From Raillietiella orientalis (taxonomy: Eukaryota): a stretch of 64,000 nucleotides of DNA. The stretch is from the NCBI GenBank assembly GCA_036172245.1, contig JAYWIR010000011.1, forward strand, positions 2,480,001 through 2,544,000, given 5' to 3'. A program made the position numbers and the translations under genes. The notes under the pieces were generated by a model that ran no database searches, was not told the DNA's origin, and saw nothing but the letters and a program-made list of their open reading frames with translations. Of the stretch, positions 25,571-36,976 are shown in pieces (within the stretch, counting starts at the first letter, position 1; each line of letters begins with the position of its first letter).

Positions 25571-27369
25571 GGATCGGTGGTTCTCCCCTTCACATTTCCT
25601 CGAGAGTCCCTGGGGACGCAGTAGGTTTGACAGGAGCCCTCCCTCCCAAGCTCCAGATGCCAGAGGGTCCCACGCATGACACGCTACGCTTCCATTTCTC
25701 TTCCCTTTCGCTCGTTCACAGCGCTCGAGGCGGCGGCGGCAGGGTTGCGCCCTTGGCACAGGCATTTCAGGCGCTCTCCCGGGCATGACGTGCGGTGGAG
25801 ACGCGCGGTTCGTTCCCTTTGCTTCGCCGCAAGCAGAGAGAAGCTCATCTGGGAGTCAGGAGACGGTCCAGTGCTCTCTCGCCCTGGCCGGGTGGCGCCA
25901 GTCTTTCCGAGAAAGGACGAGAGATGCCGCTGGTGGCATGCGAGAGACTCCCATCCGCTATCCCATCTCCCGCATGGACCTACTTTTGCAGGTAGCGCTG
26001 CTTGAGATTGGCAGTGTGCTGGGTTCACCTTGAGAAACCTCAGTTCGGGCGTGGAGAAAGTCTGGATCGACGCAGCACTCCCGGTTCGGGTCGTGCTTTT
26101 TTAGTCAGGGAAAACGATCCGTGCTTCTCGAGGAGCACCTTCCCGGCTGCAGATCGACGAGCACTCTAGGCTTCTACAACCCGAAGGAGTCATACGCGAA
26201 ATGGTTCCAGTCCTGTCCTTTCCTTGGAAACGACCTGTATGCAAAGGGGACTCCGGTGCTTCTGGAAGAAGAGGATTGATCCCTCAAACATACCGATCTC
26301 AAATCAAAGGTCTCCTTTTGTGGTTTGGCTTCTTGTCTTCCTCCCTACTCTCTTCTGCTCCCCTTTATTCTCGCGCCCCTTTGTCGTAAGCAGCTGCCCC
26401 CAGCCTGAGCATAGGTTTCAAAAATGCTCATTCTCGGGAGTGGTGAGAAGTGTGCAATGGACCCTGGACAGCGAACTTTGGGGGCATCGCTTTGAGGACG
26501 GAAGGTAGCAGAAGGGATACAGGAAATAAATAAAAGAAATAAATAAAAACCCTTCGCTCAGGTTCTTTTCGAGTCCCCGATGCAGGCTAGCCAGAGTGCA
26601 CTCATCTCCCAGGGCATCCAACAAAGAGGGCTTCTATATACAAACTGTTGGCATCGCGCGCATCCTGTAGAAAAAGTCGCTTTTGTGGCTGAAAGCACCA
26701 ATCCTGAAAGCACCAATATGGGACGGCTGCTTATCACTTTTTCTTACCAAGATCCATCGCAGTCTAGCCGCATGGAAGACCAAGTGGCTGTTGCAGAGGC
26801 AAAGAAAGCGAAAGAGAGGAAAGACGCACTGGATGTCAGTGTAACAGTCGTCTATGAGTTCTCTTCACGAATCCTCCCTTCCTCCATGTTAATGCTTGCC
26901 TCATACGTGACAGGTAGAATGACTGGGGAAGCGGTTTTCGACTCATTTAATAAACTTGTCTATGTTGAAAACCCGTAGTTTCCTCTCCTCTTGCTCGCTT
27001 ATTCCGAGCACTCTTCGTTCGATGACATTCCACTTCAAGACGGCCTTCTTTTCCTTTGCTGCCTAGAATAACATGCGGATTCTTCGATCGGTTGACTACA
27101 TGCCCTACCCTTTGTTTTGTTACTTCCCCCACAATAAAAAATGAAAAAAAATCCAGAATGTCTCCTTATTGAAGGCAATGAGTATATCCCACATTCTATC
27201 AGTGCGATGCAATTTTTTTTTCTTCCAATTTTCCGAATTAATCTTCTGTAGGCAAAGATGAGTGGTCCTTCAGCTCGCCAGTTGGCCAAACAAATCTTTC
27301 CTCTGCATTTCTTTGATGTTCCTTCCAATGTTCTTGCAGACTCTTAATCCTTGTATCATTTCTCCCTGA

Positions 27370-28210
27370 TTCTTGATTCCTAGACACTGGATACGTAAGG
27401 AGGATGCCCTTTCAGAATTTTCAACCATCGTATTTCCGATCTTTCAAATGTTGTTTCCCCTTCCTCAGAATCTCCATGTATTTACAAGATTGTGGTTAGC
27501 AGGCTGAGCATTCGTTTCTATTTCTCCGGTCCAATTTTTCCACGGTTTCTTCCGTCAGACTTCAGTGAGCAAACTTTTTCGTTTCATTCCATCTTTCCCA
27601 TCCCATTTGATTATCATGGAACATGTATCACAAAGGAGAGTAGATCCTGAGAATTAGACAGGCAGTGGAAGTGGCTTTTCAAGGCTCCTTTGGAAGTGGA
27701 GGGTCAGTCTCTCCGAGATGGTGCTGCCACATCTGGGTGCGCGCCATCCTCTGGGCTGAAAGTGTAAATTGGCCGATTCGAAGACTCCAACATTTCGTAT
27801 ATCGTACCATTGCTACATGGATGTTGAGAATTCCCAGCATCTCTGGGTACTCGACGGAGATTTCTCCACTGCTGGCAGCTCAATTCGGTTTCGTGGCAAG
27901 CTTGAAGCGAAGCGAGAAGAAGGGCACTTCGCGCGCGGATGCTTGGGGGTGACCTTTGGGGTACGGGGCTTCCAGGCGGGGCATGGAACCAACAGGGAGC
28001 ACGGCTCCCATTCTGTTGTGTTCACCGAGTCAGCAGTGAAGTCAACAGCTTGGATCTCTTGTTTTGCTTGGTCCCCAGTCCGTGGAGCCCATGGAACCGA
28101 GCCGTAGTGTTTCCTGTTGCGTACGTTTGCACGGTTCACACGCCAAATTTGGTGCAAACTTCAATGTAAAAGTGGATCAGAAAGAACAAAATCCCGCAGA
28201 GTTCTGAACT
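27370..28210 (-). mobile_element. Putative decayed non-LTR RT fossil
   Basis: In order on -: HYGSVP (QYGFxP), AVDFTADSVN (VDFxKAFDSV), GSTIS (QGSxISP), MFHDN (FADD), IQCLGI (KYLGI). Confidence 0.3.
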
Positions 28211-28759
28211 ACCGACGGATCCATTCCAGCGAGGCCAGTCATCCGACAGGACATTCGGAAAAATTTCAATCCTTCAAAACGGACTTTTTCAGCCGGATTC
28301 CAAATTGGAAGGCCGTCTTTGTTTGGAGTACGTGGTGTGTGCCTCTGTGCTTGAATTACTGGGTCATCACCGGGTGATCCAAGAATAGTTTGCCGTTGAA
28401 GTTTCCGATTCCTAATGAAAATGGAGAAAGATGCATGCGTTTTGTAAATCTCTCAGGAGGTCTTAGATGGGAATCCACAGGGTGTGCTCATGTGGTGTAT
28501 GTAATTTTCCTTGTTCACCCCATAAAGTTTAGCATTGCCATGACGTAAAAATGGTATTTGTATGAATACGTGGCGGATTGCCCTCACACATATATGTTTT
28601 TCAGGAGCAATTTTATAAACAGGTTGATTCGTTTTTCGATTTTCCACTGCTACTAAAGTCTTCCAGTTGGCTTTGGGTAGCATGATAGAAATTGCCATAG
28701 TGAAATAAAACTTGACAAATAGTTGAAATATATGAACAAACCCTTAAGAACTTATACAG

Positions 28760-30531
28760 ATGGATATGCAATATTTATTAGGTACCAGGATCAAGGTGCA
28801 TTTTGATGGTGAACCTCACTTTGGAACATTAAAATGGCTAGGAAAATTTCCATTGCAGGAAGATTTGATGGCAGGTTTAGAGATGGTACGATAAAGTGAT
28901 GAATTGAATTATTATAGCCTGAATCACCAACACTAGGAAAGAACAAACAGTACATGGTGTAATGGAAGTTTTCATGGAAAACAGTATTTCATGTGTTCTG
29001 ATCACAAGGGTTTATTTGTCCCATGGATGTTATGTGAAATTGAGCTAGATTCCGCTGATTTAAAACAGCCAGGTTCATATATATTCTTAATGTATGGGGA
29101 CTTATACCATTTTAAAGATGACAGTGCCTCTCCTGAATTTGTTGCTCCTATAAACATTCAAGGAAACCTAAAAAGCTTACTTGGAAAACAAAAGGGAATT
29201 CAAGGTCATCAGAATTCGTGCTATTTGGATGCAACTCTCTTTTCCATGTTTAGTTTCAGCTAGTAAGAAATTTATTTTAGTTTCTAAAGTTCATTCCTTT
29301 CCAAAGCGTTTTTGACAATCTTTTGTTACGGCCGCCATCAGAATCAGATATTCCATCCTATAAAGAAGTGCAAACAATTTTAAGAGATGAAATTGTTTAT
29401 CCCTTAAGGAAAAATCTATTTGTGAGTGCTGATCGTGTGATGAAGCTACGAATGCTCCTTGAAAATTTAACTTTAGTATCAGGCTTAACAAATGAAGAAA
29501 AAGGTAAACTTGAAATTTATTTATCTATTCAATCACATTGATTGGCAGGCAGATCCTGAAGAGTTTATGCAGTTGCTTTTGTCCCAGATATTATCTGCAG
29601 ATCCCCTGCTTCATTTTAGCTCTGGTCAAAAAGGATACTTATATCAATTGTTTGTTGATAAAGATGAGCAAATAGTTTTGCCCACAGTTCAGGAATTATT
29701 TGATCAGTCTTTGCTGATTTCTGATATCAAGCTTTGTTCCATTCCATCATGTCTTATCATACAGATGCCAAGGTTTGGTCGTCAATTCAAGACTTACGAA
29801 CTCATATTTCCAAGTCTTGTTTTGGACATCACTGATGCCCTTTGGAATTGTGAGTAGCATATCAGGAAGTGTGTAAACAGCATTTTAGCACCCCGAAATT
29901 GCTATGTATGTGGGCAAATGGCTGAAGTAGAATGCAAACAGTGTTTTGATATCAAAGGTGGCCTGGAAAGTACTGCATATTGTATCACATGTATGGCCAC
30001 AGTTCATGGTCACAAAAAGCGTAGCTCTCATGTCAGCAACAAATTGGAAATTCCATCAGAATTTTATGAGCTCCAAAATCATTCAGTCCCAAGAGTATAC
30101 TTGGAATTATTTGCAGTTGTCTGCATACACATATCTCATTATGTAGCATTTGTTAAAGCTGGCACTGGCCAGAATGCTCCTTGGTGTTTTTTTGACTCTA
30201 TGGCTGATAGACAAGGTTGGTATTCATAGTCTAGCTATCTGATCTTATGCAAAGAATCTTTTCAAGATCTTGTGAAGTTCATGAATTTAATAATGTTTGC
30301 CTGTCATTTTGTAAATGTCATTAATAATAATGTTTTTCAGGAGAAGAAAGTGGTTACAATATTCCTGAAGTGACTCTTTGTCCAGATATTTCCAATTGGC
30401 TCTCAGAAGAAGGCAAAAAGAAGTTGTTAGGTCTAAAAGATGAACGACAGCTTCCTGAACATGCAAGGAGGTTGCTATGTGATGCATATATTTGCTTTTA
30501 TCAGAGTCATAATGTCATGATGTACATGTAG
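28760..30531 (+). CDS. CYLD: Ubiquitin carboxyl-terminal hydrolase CYLD; join(28760..28885,28937..29072,29118..29262,29307..29503,29553..29849,29889..30215,30341..30531), ~472 aa
   Basis: Manual splicing at GT..AG sites gives a 1419-nt open frame. It encodes a CAP-Gly domain (GTRIKV..GTLKWLG..AGLEM|ERTNSTWCNGSFHGKQYFMC..GLFVP), the USP Cys box GIQGHQNSCYLDATLF, EEKDPEEF, IQMPRFG, a B-box (CYVC..CKQC..CITC..H), the His box SHYVAFVK, WCFFDSMADR and a C-terminal RRLLCDAYICFYQS. The ATG follows a possible acceptor (tatacag), so an upstream exon cannot be excluded. Confidence 0.95.
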
Positions 30532-30664
30532 TTATTTAGCACATATTCACAGCTCTCTTTTATCTTTAAAATCAGTTTTAGCATTTACAATCAGTTACAT
30601 GACAGCATTGTTGTCCAGTAAACAACGATCACCATTTTGCTAATTTAATAACTGACTAATGACA

Positions 30665-30670
30665 AATAAA
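30665..30670 (+). terminator. Probable polyadenylation signal of CYLD
   Basis: AATAAA about 134 nt after the CYLD stop codon. Confidence 0.45.
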
Positions 30671-31903
30671 GATTTCTGCACTTTGAAACTATTGAATATT
30701 TCTGAGCAAACTGTGATTTGATTGAACAGTGCTTGCACATGATAAACATTTTAGATGTTTACATGAGCTGCAAAAAAAAAAAATGATGCAACTTTGTGAG
30801 ATTAAGCAGTTATGATATCAGCAATACTAGTGAATAATCAGCTGAAAACAATGAATAATCCATTCAGTGAATGTAAAAAACTGCGTTCTTTTTATTGGAA
30901 TAAGCCAACTTTGGCAAAGTAAGGGAAATAAAGCACTTCTCAACTTATGGGCATGCTGCTCACATGTCCTTCAGTCAACATTACACATCAAATAAACTGA
31001 ACACATGCATCCTATTGCAATAAGCCCAAATCTAGTGAATTCATTAAATTAACGTGCCCTTAAACTACTGACTGCACTACAAATGGACAACCCTGCATTT
31101 GATAAGGCAGATGTTATGTTTACAAAACACTAATACAAACCATAGATCAATTAGGAAAGACCGTTTACGAGTCCATATGAAGTTGGGCAATGTTATGTGG
31201 AAATCGTATATTCTCCACACTCACTTTGAAGTGTCTTCATGAAAAGATACAAACAAAACTGGAATCACCGTAACTGCAGTATTACTACACACCAAAAGTT
31301 TAGTCGGCTTTGGATTCATAATAAACACCCCCCTAGTTATGAATGGAAAAGGAAAATCTTGCAGTAATCAAATGGAAACTTAACGTTTACTATTTCGTTT
31401 CTCCAATTAAGGCAGAACTTGCACAAAAGGATGACTAAGCTTCGAGCTTGCCTCCCAGTACTCCGAAAATTCATGCCTGACATGTTATAAGCTAATTGAT
31501 CACCTCTTTTGTTCTGTAGTGTGCCTTATCAACATGCAGTTCTTAATCTGATGATAACGAATCAGAAATGAGTTACCTTTGCAATCATTTGGCCAAATGC
31601 ACCTCCCGGAAAGGAGCATCAATTCCTTCAAAACGTAGTTTTGACTCATCTTGTAGGATACTTTAAAAGTGGACTTTTTGCACACTACTAAACTTGTTGC
31701 GCCAGTGTTGTGGCTTGTACAATTCGTTTTTTTCTTAAATATATTGCAATAGCGATATATTTAAGAAATGCGTTAGTCATATTGGGTAAGAATCAGCAGT
31801 CAGTTGATACAGGCGGATCGTTTCGAAGAGGTGCAACAAAATTTCCAGTTTTGCACTTGGTAAGCGTGGCGACCCGAAACTTAGAAAAAACACGTACATG
31901 TGC

Positions 31904-31935
<32 letters not shown>

Positions 31936-34234
31936 CGATATTTTGAGGAAAGATGAACTATTCTTGATTTTGTGGATGAATGTATGCAAGGCAATCTCAG
32001 GAAAAAAAAAGTTGGATTTTCAGGGCTTTTACTTGTACTGGATTGTATCTGAGCCTCGAACTTGTTCAGATGTTTGCACAAAGAACGGCCTTTTTTAATC
32101 TCGGACGTTTACAATCAAACCAACCGAGACCTTGGAAGAATACAAAAGTTTGAAACTTTGGGCACGACAGCATCCAGTAGAAATCGGGATTTTTAGAAAA
32201 AATTGACAGAATTCCTGCAGTTTAGCACCGTGATGCATGCAGACAGCCATTCTGGGAGTGCGCGAGAAATTTTCGAACTGGATCTCAATACCAACAGTGA
32301 ATGTATAGCAATGTCTTCCCTATGACACCCCGCTCTAGCATACTCTATCCAAAGCACAGCTCATGTATGCCAGTGTACGTGATTCTCATCTCACCATCTC
32401 ACCTTACAGAGGACAGATGAAGCACAGGATGTGAAGTCGAGAATCTCAAAAGCATCCACAGTTCTCGACCATCATCCATTGTGCCTGACAAGAATAATGC
32501 TTCCAGAGGAAAGTTTTCGAGAAGAAAAGTCTCAACGTACAGGACACTGAAGTCTTTCTACAAAGAGAAAATACTTCCAGTTCCAGAAACCATCAACGCT
32601 GCTTAAGACGTGTGCGAAAAGAACTGAGACAACGATCGAGTCATGGGATGTTACGCACTCACACAGGGGTTAGACCGGTGATGCATACCAGTGAAAGTGC
32701 AAAGGACCCGTTGCAACGACGAGAGCTAAGAAAGTCCATTCCTGTTGGTAGCTGATATCTTACGGACTGTCTATCACGATCTTTCAAGGGGGCACCAACA
32801 GGGATGTTCTCCCAGAAGATCCAAGCTAACGATTGTACTTCTCCTCGAATGCCCAAGAGACCATTCGGCTCTTGTACGTGGCAGCATAGAAAGACGAATT
32901 GGTTTTTACGAAAGATTGCCGATTGCTCCAACATCCTGAGTCTTCTTTATTCCTCTCCCAGACGTTTCAAGGAGCGACGTTTCCTCTCACAGAACTCGAT
33001 TCCATACAACGGTCAGCGTAGATTGCAGCTTATTGGAGATCCACTTTCGGGTAATTTGAAGGAGATTGGAATAGTATCCTGAAATAAATTCGAAGCCATT
33101 CTTCGTCAAGAGAGCACTCTTCAAAACATCTCTCACAAGGGAAGGGAATCTACACGTTGATTTACCTACCCCCCGTTACTGCCCCATCCGTGTGAGTCCA
33201 TCTCCATAGCAAGGGACGGAAAGGATACCTTTGTGAGAACGTGTGGAATCACGGAAATCGTATGCCTAAATATAAAGACAAAAACGGGATTGTTACTTAC
33301 TCAACAAGGGATCGATATTCTTTAGGGAATACCTGAAAGTTCTCGAAATACACTTCGGACTTGCTGCGCGCTACTCCGAAACGGGGAGCTGAAATTTCCT
33401 GACCCCAGAATGCGCACACTGGACGATGTGGCCGATCTGAATCTCGGCTCCTTCCTTTGGATCTGAAGCTTTTGATTTCGATGAGTCTATTCCAGGCATG
33501 GCGAAGGATGAATTACAGATTAGGATGAATCATTGAGATCAGCAGAGCTGTACGAAACCGAAAAGCTGGAGAACAATGAGAAGACCAGAATGGCAGCTGA
33601 CATGGTGTTCATGAGACCGCTAGGGAGCGTACTGTTCGCCAAGAGGCGGACACCTCCTCTCCAATGACATATCAGCAAGGATCCAAGGTGTCCAGGAGAG
33701 ATCCCATGTGCTTCATCCGATCTTTTGCATCCGAGGAGAAGGAGAAGAAAACCTGGAAGGGGAAGAGATGAGCAGTGGTGGAATTTCGCTCTGGGAAGAC
33801 CTCCCGCGGTCGTCGACTCGGGGGTGCGCGCTCCTTCCTCGTTTCTTGCTCTTCCTGTATTGGTGAAGGGAGTTTCTTTTAACTCGAGTGCTGCTGAGTG
33901 CCCGGCATAAGCACCCACCGAACGATCCGTCCCACATCGAGTTCCCCTCGGGGAGAGAGCAGCAGAAAGAGCGGTCCAGTTCGCTGCTTCTCATCGCATC
34001 CTCGCTTTCCCTACTTCTGCATTTGCTCTTTCTCGTTTCCGTGGAACGAAGGTATTTCCTAGAGAGGCCAGTCCGACGACGGCGTGAATGGGCCGACTCT
34101 GGTGGTGCCGGTAGCAGAGACTCTTCCCGCCCACGCATCCTTCGAGCTTTCTGCCCTCGCGGCGGGCAAACGACAGTGGGTGTGCGCTTCTGCTGGAGCT
34201 TTCCTGGAGGGTTTGGGATGACTCGTTTTAGCCT

Positions 34235-35000
34235 TGCATGACCCTAGGTAACCTGATACCTGCACCGCTGAAGACACCTCTAGGAAGGAAAGAAAAGTCC
34301 TTAAGTTCTTCTCGATGTTTGTTGCCAGCGTCTGTCCCTACGGGTGACTGTTTCGGAACGAAAGTGCAGGTCTTGACCTGGGAAAGACTCCAGTCTGAAT
34401 CCCAGGATTCAATTCGAGGACGACTGCCCTCTCCCGCCCCTTGACGAGGGGAAGATGACCCAGGCGTTGAGGGGATGATCTGCTGATGAGGTGCCGAAAG
34501 GCGGACAGTGAGTGCACGGCTGCATTTGGGGCAACCAAAGCACGGCGTGTTGCCGCTATGTAGGCGCCAGGGTCTGGGAGACGCAACAGATGGCTCCCGC
34601 CGAGAAGGTCGGAAGGATGGCAGAAAGTTTGGAGAGGAGGGAAGGAGGAGGATGATTTCGATTATGGTCCTGCCAGGACTGCGGCCCTCGGACGCCGGGA
34701 GTTTCTTCTCAGTTTCTGCAGCGTCAGCATGCTCTGCGGGCAGCCGCCCCACCCTTGCACCGAGCTGCTAGCCGCGCTACACGCAAGCGGCTGGGGCACG
34801 ATGTGTTGGGAGTTCAGAGGCAGCGACCTCGGATGCAGGAGAAGCTCAGAACCCCTGTACATTGAAGGCATCTTGCCTGAAGTGACCAAGTGACTATCGG
34901 TCTGTCTTTTGTGTGGCGAGAGCAGACGCACGGGACCGCAAGGCATGATCTGGCACACCTGACGAAGCATCCTTACTCACACCAAGATCGCGAGTGCAGA
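34235..35000 (-). mobile_element. Putative decayed Jockey/I/CR1-type RT fossil
   Basis: In order on -: DLGVSKDASSGVPDHAL (LDVSKAFDxVPH), YRGSELL.P (QGSxLSP), SWDSDWSLSQVKT (WxxxWxLxxNxxKT), GYLG. Confidence 0.3.
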
Positions 35001-36807
35001 CGAGGGAGACACCGCAGTGCGCCAACGCAGCCCGAGACTCCCGTGGACTTCGCATAGGGGCGAAGAGTTCTGAGAACCGCTGCACAGGATGGCGTTTCTT
35101 CCACGGAAGGAATCACTGGAGAGGGACGAAAGGACAAGAAGGGTAAGAGCCTATTCCGGAAAAGAGGACAGCAAGGACGCGGCAGCAGCAGACGAAGGCA
35201 GTGCAGGTGCCACAGTCTCCGGGCCCGGCCGAGAGCGGACGGGTAGCACCGAGGTCGAACAGGGAAGCGTCGGATGGCAGCGCCATTTCGTAGGAAAAAG
35301 AGGTGCGGCGGGTGGGAGCGGAAGTTGTGCGGGTGGGGCATGAGGCAGGTCGGGCGAGCGGCCCCCTTCCCTCCCCGCCTTCCCTTCCCGTCCCTGGAGC
35401 CAAGGAAATGGGGAAGAAGCCAAAAGTGAGGGAAGCCAACGCAGAATCCCTTATGCACGAACGCTTTCGCTATCTGCTCCGACGTCCTCCCTTTGCAGCG
35501 GCGCCCCAAGAGGTGCGCTTGCAGAATTCATGACTGACCAAACAGCAAGTCGAGGCGGCTCCATGACCTCGGAACAGAGGTCGGGGAGTGCGGCGTTCCC
35601 CCGGGCGTCACAGAGGGCGCAGAGGGCTTCTCCAGAGGCGCAACTCGACAGCCTCTTCGCCGAGACGTTCCGTTCGGCAGCCGAGGCCCTTCCGGCTCTG
35701 GCGGGACGGGCGATTGCACGGGGACGTCCGCGGGAGCACCTCGGTAACCTTGGGAACAGATCGGAGAAACAGCCTCTCGGGATGCTGCGCAACCCCGAGG
35801 ATCACCCCTCCCCGGTTGTCGAGGTCCCCTCAGGATTGCGACCAGGATGTCGGGAGAATCAGCGCGCCCGGGGCTTCTCAGGCGGACCAGGAAGTGTCCG
35901 GTAGTGCCATCGCAGCAGACGTTCGCTGAGGGGGGGAGTCCCTCTCTCCCGTCCACCGCGCGGGAAAGGGCGGCCACAGCCCCGAGCAGGAAGGGAGGGG
36001 GAGGGAACGCAGAGGCCCCGCCTCCGCTCCGTCCCCGGGCAGTGTGAGGGTTCCCGAGGGAGTTGCTCGCTCCTTACGGGCTCGTCCTTTCGCAGGCGAG
36101 GCGAGGAGGCAAAACGGGCTCACGGAGAGGCGCCTCCGGCTTCTTGCCGGTGCCAGCGGGTGCGCTGACCCGGGTGCTGCGCAGAGGCGAGCGCTGGGGA
36201 ACTCCGCGGCTGTCTGAGTTGAAAGGGGACGCCGATCGGTCACGCCCTTCCGCCCCGCTTCCGCGGTCCCCGGGGTCCTTCGCCCCTTGCTGCGGGATCG
36301 CCAGCAGGTTCGCCCTCGTTGCCCCGGAGACAGCTGCTGCGGCAGCGTAGCCTCGGCGGCTGCTCCCCCCGCGGACCCCGTCCTCCTTGCGACGGCAGCG
36401 CGGAAGCGTGCTGCGCGGAGCCGTTGCTGCTGCTACCTGAGGCAGCCGTCCTCCGCCTCGCCTCCTTGCCTGCCCTCGCTCCAAGAGCACCTCAGAGGGC
36501 TCGGGGGTCGCAGAAGTCTCACTGGCCACCGTGGAGGTGGGCAGACCTTCGCCGGGAGGTCCGGAGAGTGGAACCTGGAGTCCATTGGGCTGCTCTGCTT
36601 TTCGTTCGGACGTCGGTGGGCAGAACGGGAGGGGGTGAAAGCGAGACCCCAAAGACAGAGGAGCCTGCTCGCACCCGTCGCATCCCCCGTCTCCACGGGA
36701 TCCCTGGCTTCCTCGCTTGCGGGCGCGTAGCCGACGGCAACGGCGGCTCCAGCTGCGACGAGCACACCGGTAGCTCTCGAGCTGGCGGTCCGCGCCGCCG
36801 CGCGAAC

Positions 36808-36813
36808 TCAGTC
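36808..36813 (+). promoter_or_regulatory. Candidate initiator (TCAGTC) for Delta
   Basis: Matches the arthropod Inr consensus TCAGTY about 167 nt upstream of the Delta ATG in CpG-rich DNA. No TATA or correctly spaced DPE seen. Confidence 0.3.
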
Positions 36814-36976
36814 GTGACCTACGCGTGATGGTGGCTGCACACTCGCCGCGGAGGACGCGCTGCCGATCCTGTTCCCGTGCCTCCTGCCTCGTCGCCATGC
36901 AACTGTCGGCCGGGCGCCCCCGTTAAAATTAGCTGGTTGCGTTCCCAGTCCCGGAAAAGCCTCCGCGTCGGCAAAC

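Noticed and set aside
1..26000. Many long overlapping ORFs (e.g. 1526-3022, 1726-3444, 19462-21210, 23166-24614)
   Set aside because: They are Arg/Pro/Gly/Ala-rich, open in several frames on both strands, and have no recognisable domains. This is expected from stop-codon scarcity in very GC-rich DNA.
26580..26978. 132-aa ORF with ordinary amino-acid composition
   Set aside because: No recognisable motif or supporting exon structure
32700..33340. RGHQQGCSP-like RT motif remnant
   Set aside because: A single weak motif without convincing ordered neighbours
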